DNA of 41,813 nucleotides from Chlamydiia bacterium (GTDB lineage Bacteria; Chlamydiota; Chlamydiia; Chlamydiales; 2-12-FULL-49-11): NCBI GenBank assembly GCA_044359535.1, contig JBIKLZ010000005.1, positions 1 to 41,813 of the forward strand, read 5' to 3'. Shown piece by piece: positions 36,695 to 41,813 of this stretch (position 1 is its first letter; each line of letters starts with the position of its first letter). The notes under the pieces were generated by a model. It saw only the letters and a program-made list of their open reading frames with translations, ran no database searches and was not told where the DNA came from. The position numbers and the translations under genes were made by a program.

Positions 36695-37843
36695 CTAATA
36701 GCGCACTTTTGCCGCAATCGGAGTGTGGTCACTCATATTACTTTGCGGACTGTTTAGATGGACCCCTAAAACAGGGATGTTTTCAATCCCCACATTAGTC
36801 TTAGACGATTTTATTGCTATCCAATCAATGCGTGTGTCAATCACTTGATGTGGACTTGTGCACGTCCCTTCTAAATAGTTGTTGAAATCTATACTGTACC
36901 CCTTATCTCGCAACAGCTCCATCCTCGGATGTTTTGCCGTTACATTCGAATCCATAGCTAGAATTTTAATTGATGCTTCTGATCTCTCTAAATGCTGAAG
37001 AATCTCTTCAAGTTCATTATTGCCTGTCACACTATCCCCATTTTCATCTTTAAAGGGGTTGCATCCTGTTAAATGAGCCGATGCTATTGCAACAATATCT
37101 CCACTTTCTTTGTCTAACAATTCTATAATCACTGCTTTTTTATTCAAAAAAGCCAACTCTCTTACAAACTCAAACTTTTTAGAATTCCATGCAAATCCAT
37201 TTACCGAAGACTTTTGAGAGGGGATATAGGTTTCAAAATGTTCTGGAAACATGGACGGTTTCAAATAATCAGCCTCTTGAAGGGCAATAATATCATATTT
37301 TAACTCATGTTTAAAAATACGCTCTGCCATAATCGTCCTTGTAATATCCAACCACTCATTTAACGAACTTTCTTTTGAAAGGGTGATATCCTGACCCTTT
37401 GTCAGGTCAAGGAGGTGATTATACAAAATTTCATTCACTTCTTCATCATAGATCGCTACAGGACGAACATTATAGGGAGTAATCACTTTATTCACAGATT
37501 CATACCACTGTGCATTTATACTTCCTTCCTCTTTTGGCGAAGCTGTAAGCTCATTATAAAGAGCCTCATAATTTCTTTCTTTCCATGTTTCAAGCAACAA
37601 ATTTTGTTCTTTTGGATCTTTTGAAAATAAAATTTTTAAGTATAACTCTTGAATTCTTGCATATTCAGCCATCAACGTTGGCTCAACATTATATCGCTCA
37701 TTGGAAACCTTATGCATTGCAACTGCTCGAAGATAATCATAATGATCTTTTAACCCTCCACAATTATATGAAGAGATTGTAGCATCCCCAAATAAATAGG
37801 ATAGGCAAACAGAAGAAAGGATAAAAATTTTTTTAAGATTCAT
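36695..37843 (-). CDS. Endonuclease/exonuclease/phosphatase (EEP) family protein with signal peptide
   Basis: SYNC, IALQEAD, SAHL, MDSN, RIDWI, SDHTPI; N-terminal MNLKKIFILSSVCLSYLFG; GAGG RBS. Confidence 0.85.
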   Translation of the reverse strand: MNLKKIFILSSVCLSYLFGDATISSYNCGGLKDHYDYLRAVAMHKVSNERYNVEPTLMAEYARIQELYLKILFSKDPKEQNLLLETWKERNYEALYNELTASPKEEGSINAQWYESVNKVITPYNVRPVAIYDEEVNEILYNHLLDLTKGQDITLSKESSLNEWLDITRTIMAERIFKHELKYDIIALQEADYLKPSMFPEHFETYIPSQKSSVNGFAWNSKKFEFVRELAFLNKKAVIIELLDKESGDIVAIASAHLTGCNPFKDENGDSVTGNNELEEILQHLERSEASIKILAMDSNVTAKHPRMELLRDKGYSIDFNNYLEGTCTSPHQVIDTRIDWIAIKSSKTNVGIENIPVLGVHLNSPQSNMSDHTPIAAKVRY

Positions 37844-37968
37844 AAAAACTACACCTCATTATTTACATGACCTTTATAATCATAAAGAGTGAGGGGATTT
37901 TCAACAACCTATTTTACCCTCTTTTAGAATCATTAAATTTTTTGAAATACCCCTTTAAAGCAAGCGCT

Positions 37969-38643
37969 TTAAGAGGTCGGGACAAAAAGTTTCTTTTGGA
38001 TAAAATCATTTACATTGTCTTTGTAAAGCTTTACTGGAATTTCAATCAGTGTATTCACATTCAGAATTAACTTTAATAGGACAGCTTTTGTAATTTGACT
38101 CGTAATATTTCCATCTTTAGTACTTAAATTTTTAAACTTTAATTCCTTAATCGTATTCACTGTCATTTTGCCGTTTGGATCAACAAATTTAATAGTTAAA
38201 TCTTTGATAACTAATGTGTCAATCACTGTGTCTTTGGTGCTTTTTGTTGAGGAACCGACGTTTTTATTCATGTGAGAGACAATTTCATCCCAGTTTGTCA
38301 GTTTCTTATTTCCTGGAAGGGTTTCAACAACAAGTGTTAACCCCTTTAATTCAATTTCTTTAATTTCAATAGTGTTTTTAAAGTAGGCTGTCAATGGAGC
38401 CGACACTTCAATCCGGTCAATTGTTAGAGCTGATGGATTTTTGGATGTGGTGGTGTTTGCAACGTTAATTTGCCAGAAACGAAGATGGTTAAAGGAGATC
38501 ACTGTATTTGTAACAGTTGTTTTAGTTCCAAGCGAAGAGGTTAAAATATGGCTTAAAATCGTTGAAGAAAAGATATAAGCCAACAAAGTCAACAGGATAA
38601 GGAGTCCAAAGATAAGGGTGGTTATAAAAGTTGCTTTTCTCAT
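37969..38643 (-). CDS. AsmA-like membrane-anchored hypothetical protein
   Basis: N-terminal TM anchor, beta-rich body, IKEIEL...TNWDEI...IDTLVIKDL; downstream of groEL. Confidence 0.55.
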   Translation of the reverse strand: MRKATFITTLIFGLLILLTLLAYIFSSTILSHILTSSLGTKTTVTNTVISFNHLRFWQINVANTTTSKNPSALTIDRIEVSAPLTAYFKNTIEIKEIELKGLTLVVETLPGNKKLTNWDEIVSHMNKNVGSSTKSTKDTVIDTLVIKDLTIKFVDPNGKMTVNTIKELKFKNLSTKDGNITSQITKAVLLKLILNVNTLIEIPVKLYKDNVNDFIQKKLFVPTS

Positions 38644-38680
38644 ATTTTTCACTAAAGTACATTAAAAAAATAAAAGCAAT

Positions 38681-38712
38681 AAAAAAGGGTAGCTATTTCT
38701 AGCTACCCTTTT
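38681..38712 (-). terminator. Intrinsic terminator of the groESL operon
   Basis: Minus strand AAAAGGGTAGCTA-GAAA-TAGCTACCCTTTTTT, about 20 bp after the groEL stop. Confidence 0.9.
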
Positions 38713-38731
38713 GAAAAAGCTCACTTCTAGA

Positions 38732-40704
<1,973 letters not shown>

Positions 40705-40749
40705 AGAATTTCTCCTTCTTTTTTGGTGCGTTCTATTGAACTTAGGACC

Positions 40750-40778
40750 ACTTTACAAAAAATTCGAATTAAGGGCAA
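40750..40778 (-). promoter_or_regulatory. groES promoter
   Basis: Minus strand TTGCCC, 17 bp, TAAAGT. Confidence 0.55.
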
Positions 40779-40783
40779 GAAGA

Positions 40784-40810
40784 TTAGCAGTTTTTTCCCC
40801 ACTCTGCTAA
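40784..40810. promoter_or_regulatory. CIRCE operator (HrcA binding site)
   Basis: TTAGCA-N15-TGCTAA (TTAGCAGTTTTTTCCCCACTCTGCTAA) just upstream of the groES -35. Confidence 0.85.
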
Positions 40811-40887
40811 AAAAAGAAAAAATTCCCTTTTTTTTCCCTTTTCTTATATCATGCAACCCATTATTACAAAGTTTTAATGGGGGATCT

Positions 40888-41813
40888 ATGGAAAGAAATA
40901 GGGTGGCAGAAGAAAAAAAATGGGATTTAAGTTCTTTTTTTAAAGACACATCTGTTTGGGAGGGTTTTTTTCAAACACTCCTTAATGAAAGCAAAGAGGG
41001 ATTTAAAAAAATTTCTCCTAATCTTTTTAACCTTAAAATATCCCCAAAAGAGTTAAAAAAATTCTTAGATGATTACTTTGACTATTGTTTAAAGTTAGAT
41101 TCTCTCTACACCTTTGCCCATTTAAAGCACGATGAGGATATTGCTTTAGCAGAGAACAAACAAAGATTTGAACGGGCTCGATCGCTACTTCACCAATTTA
41201 GTGATACCTCAAGTTGGATTGAACCCTCCATTTTAGAGATTAGTGACCCCCATTTTCACCATCTTCTTGCCGACAGTATGTTAAAACCCTATAAATTTTA
41301 CCTTACAAAATTAAGAGATAGAAAAAAACATACTTTAAGTGCCGATAAAGAACAGATAATGGCATTAAGTGCGCGCATACAAACTACAGCAAGCGGAGCT
41401 TTTTCAGCCCTTTCAAATGTCGATCTTGATTTTGGCTCAATTACTGATAAAGATGGAAAAGAGCACCCTTTAACTCAAGGAAATTTCTCTACTTTTTTAA
41501 AAAGTAAAGATCGGGTTTTAAGGATTCATGCCTTTGAAAGGCTCCACCAAAAGTATTTACAATTTGAAAACACCATTGCAGAGCTCATTCATGGACAGGT
41601 GCAAAGTCATCTATTTAATGCAAAAGTAAGGGGGTATACCTCTTGTCTTGAGGCAGCTTTAAAACCTAACCATATTCCAGTAGAGGTCTACCATCAATTA
41701 ATCACAACCGTTTCTAAGGGTTTAAAACCCTTGCACCGCTATATCTCTTTAAGAAAGAGAGTTCTTGGTTTAAAGGAGTTAAAAGGGTGTGATTTGTACG
41801 TTCCTTTGATAGA
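40888..41813 (+). CDS. pepF: Oligoendopeptidase F (M3B), partial; runs off the window end and is not in the ORF track
   Basis: MERNRVAEEKKWDLSSFF...LYTFAHLKHDED...SWIEPSIL...HTLS...DLDFGSI...LHRYISLRKRVLGL..L...DLYVPL; divergent from groES as in Chlamydia. Confidence 0.9.
   Translation, partial: MERNRVAEEKKWDLSSFFKDTSVWEGFFQTLLNESKEGFKKISPNLFNLKISPKELKKFLDDYFDYCLKLDSLYTFAHLKHDEDIALAENKQRFERARSLLHQFSDTSSWIEPSILEISDPHFHHLLADSMLKPYKFYLTKLRDRKKHTLSADKEQIMALSARIQTTASGAFSALSNVDLDFGSITDKDGKEHPLTQGNFSTFLKSKDRVLRIHAFERLHQKYLQFENTIAELIHGQVQSHLFNAKVRGYTSCLEAALKPNHIPVEVYHQLITTVSKGLKPLHRYISLRKRVLGLKELKGCDLYVPLI

Noticed and set aside
36487-37900. Genomic island integrated at tRNA-Asn
   Set aside because: No integrase, and I saw no duplicated tRNA 3' end; a terminator follows the tRNA directly

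Overview
AT-rich bacterial chromosome segment with a Chlamydiae-type gene order, most likely an environmental chlamydia. It contains these conserved blocks: lptG/lptF-tilS-ftsH / pnp-rpsO / tadA; rpmE2-prfA-prmC-ffh-rpsP-trmD-rplS-gmk-rpoZ-metG; pyrG-ruvX-zwf-opcA-pgl; recD2; tRNA-Asn; groES-groEL with a CIRCE operator; and partial miaB and pepF at the window edges. I saw no CRISPR array, integrase, transposase or prophage. The interest lies in accessory or degenerate genes between the core blocks: (1) an Inc-like hairpin protein joined by a tandem-repeat stalk to a C39/papain-like cysteine protease domain; (2) an agmatinase-fold protein lacking most metal ligands; (3) a RusA-like nuclease, which shares a ~36-bp upstream motif with the agmatinase-fold gene; (4) a tandem modular paralog pair with a decaying middle copy; (5) a 54-aa ORF with its own promoter that is absent from the ORF track; (6) a GT-B/EarP-like protein; (7) an N-terminally truncated PrmC; (8) a probable pseudo-rhomboid. 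All calls come from reading motifs by eye; no searches were run.
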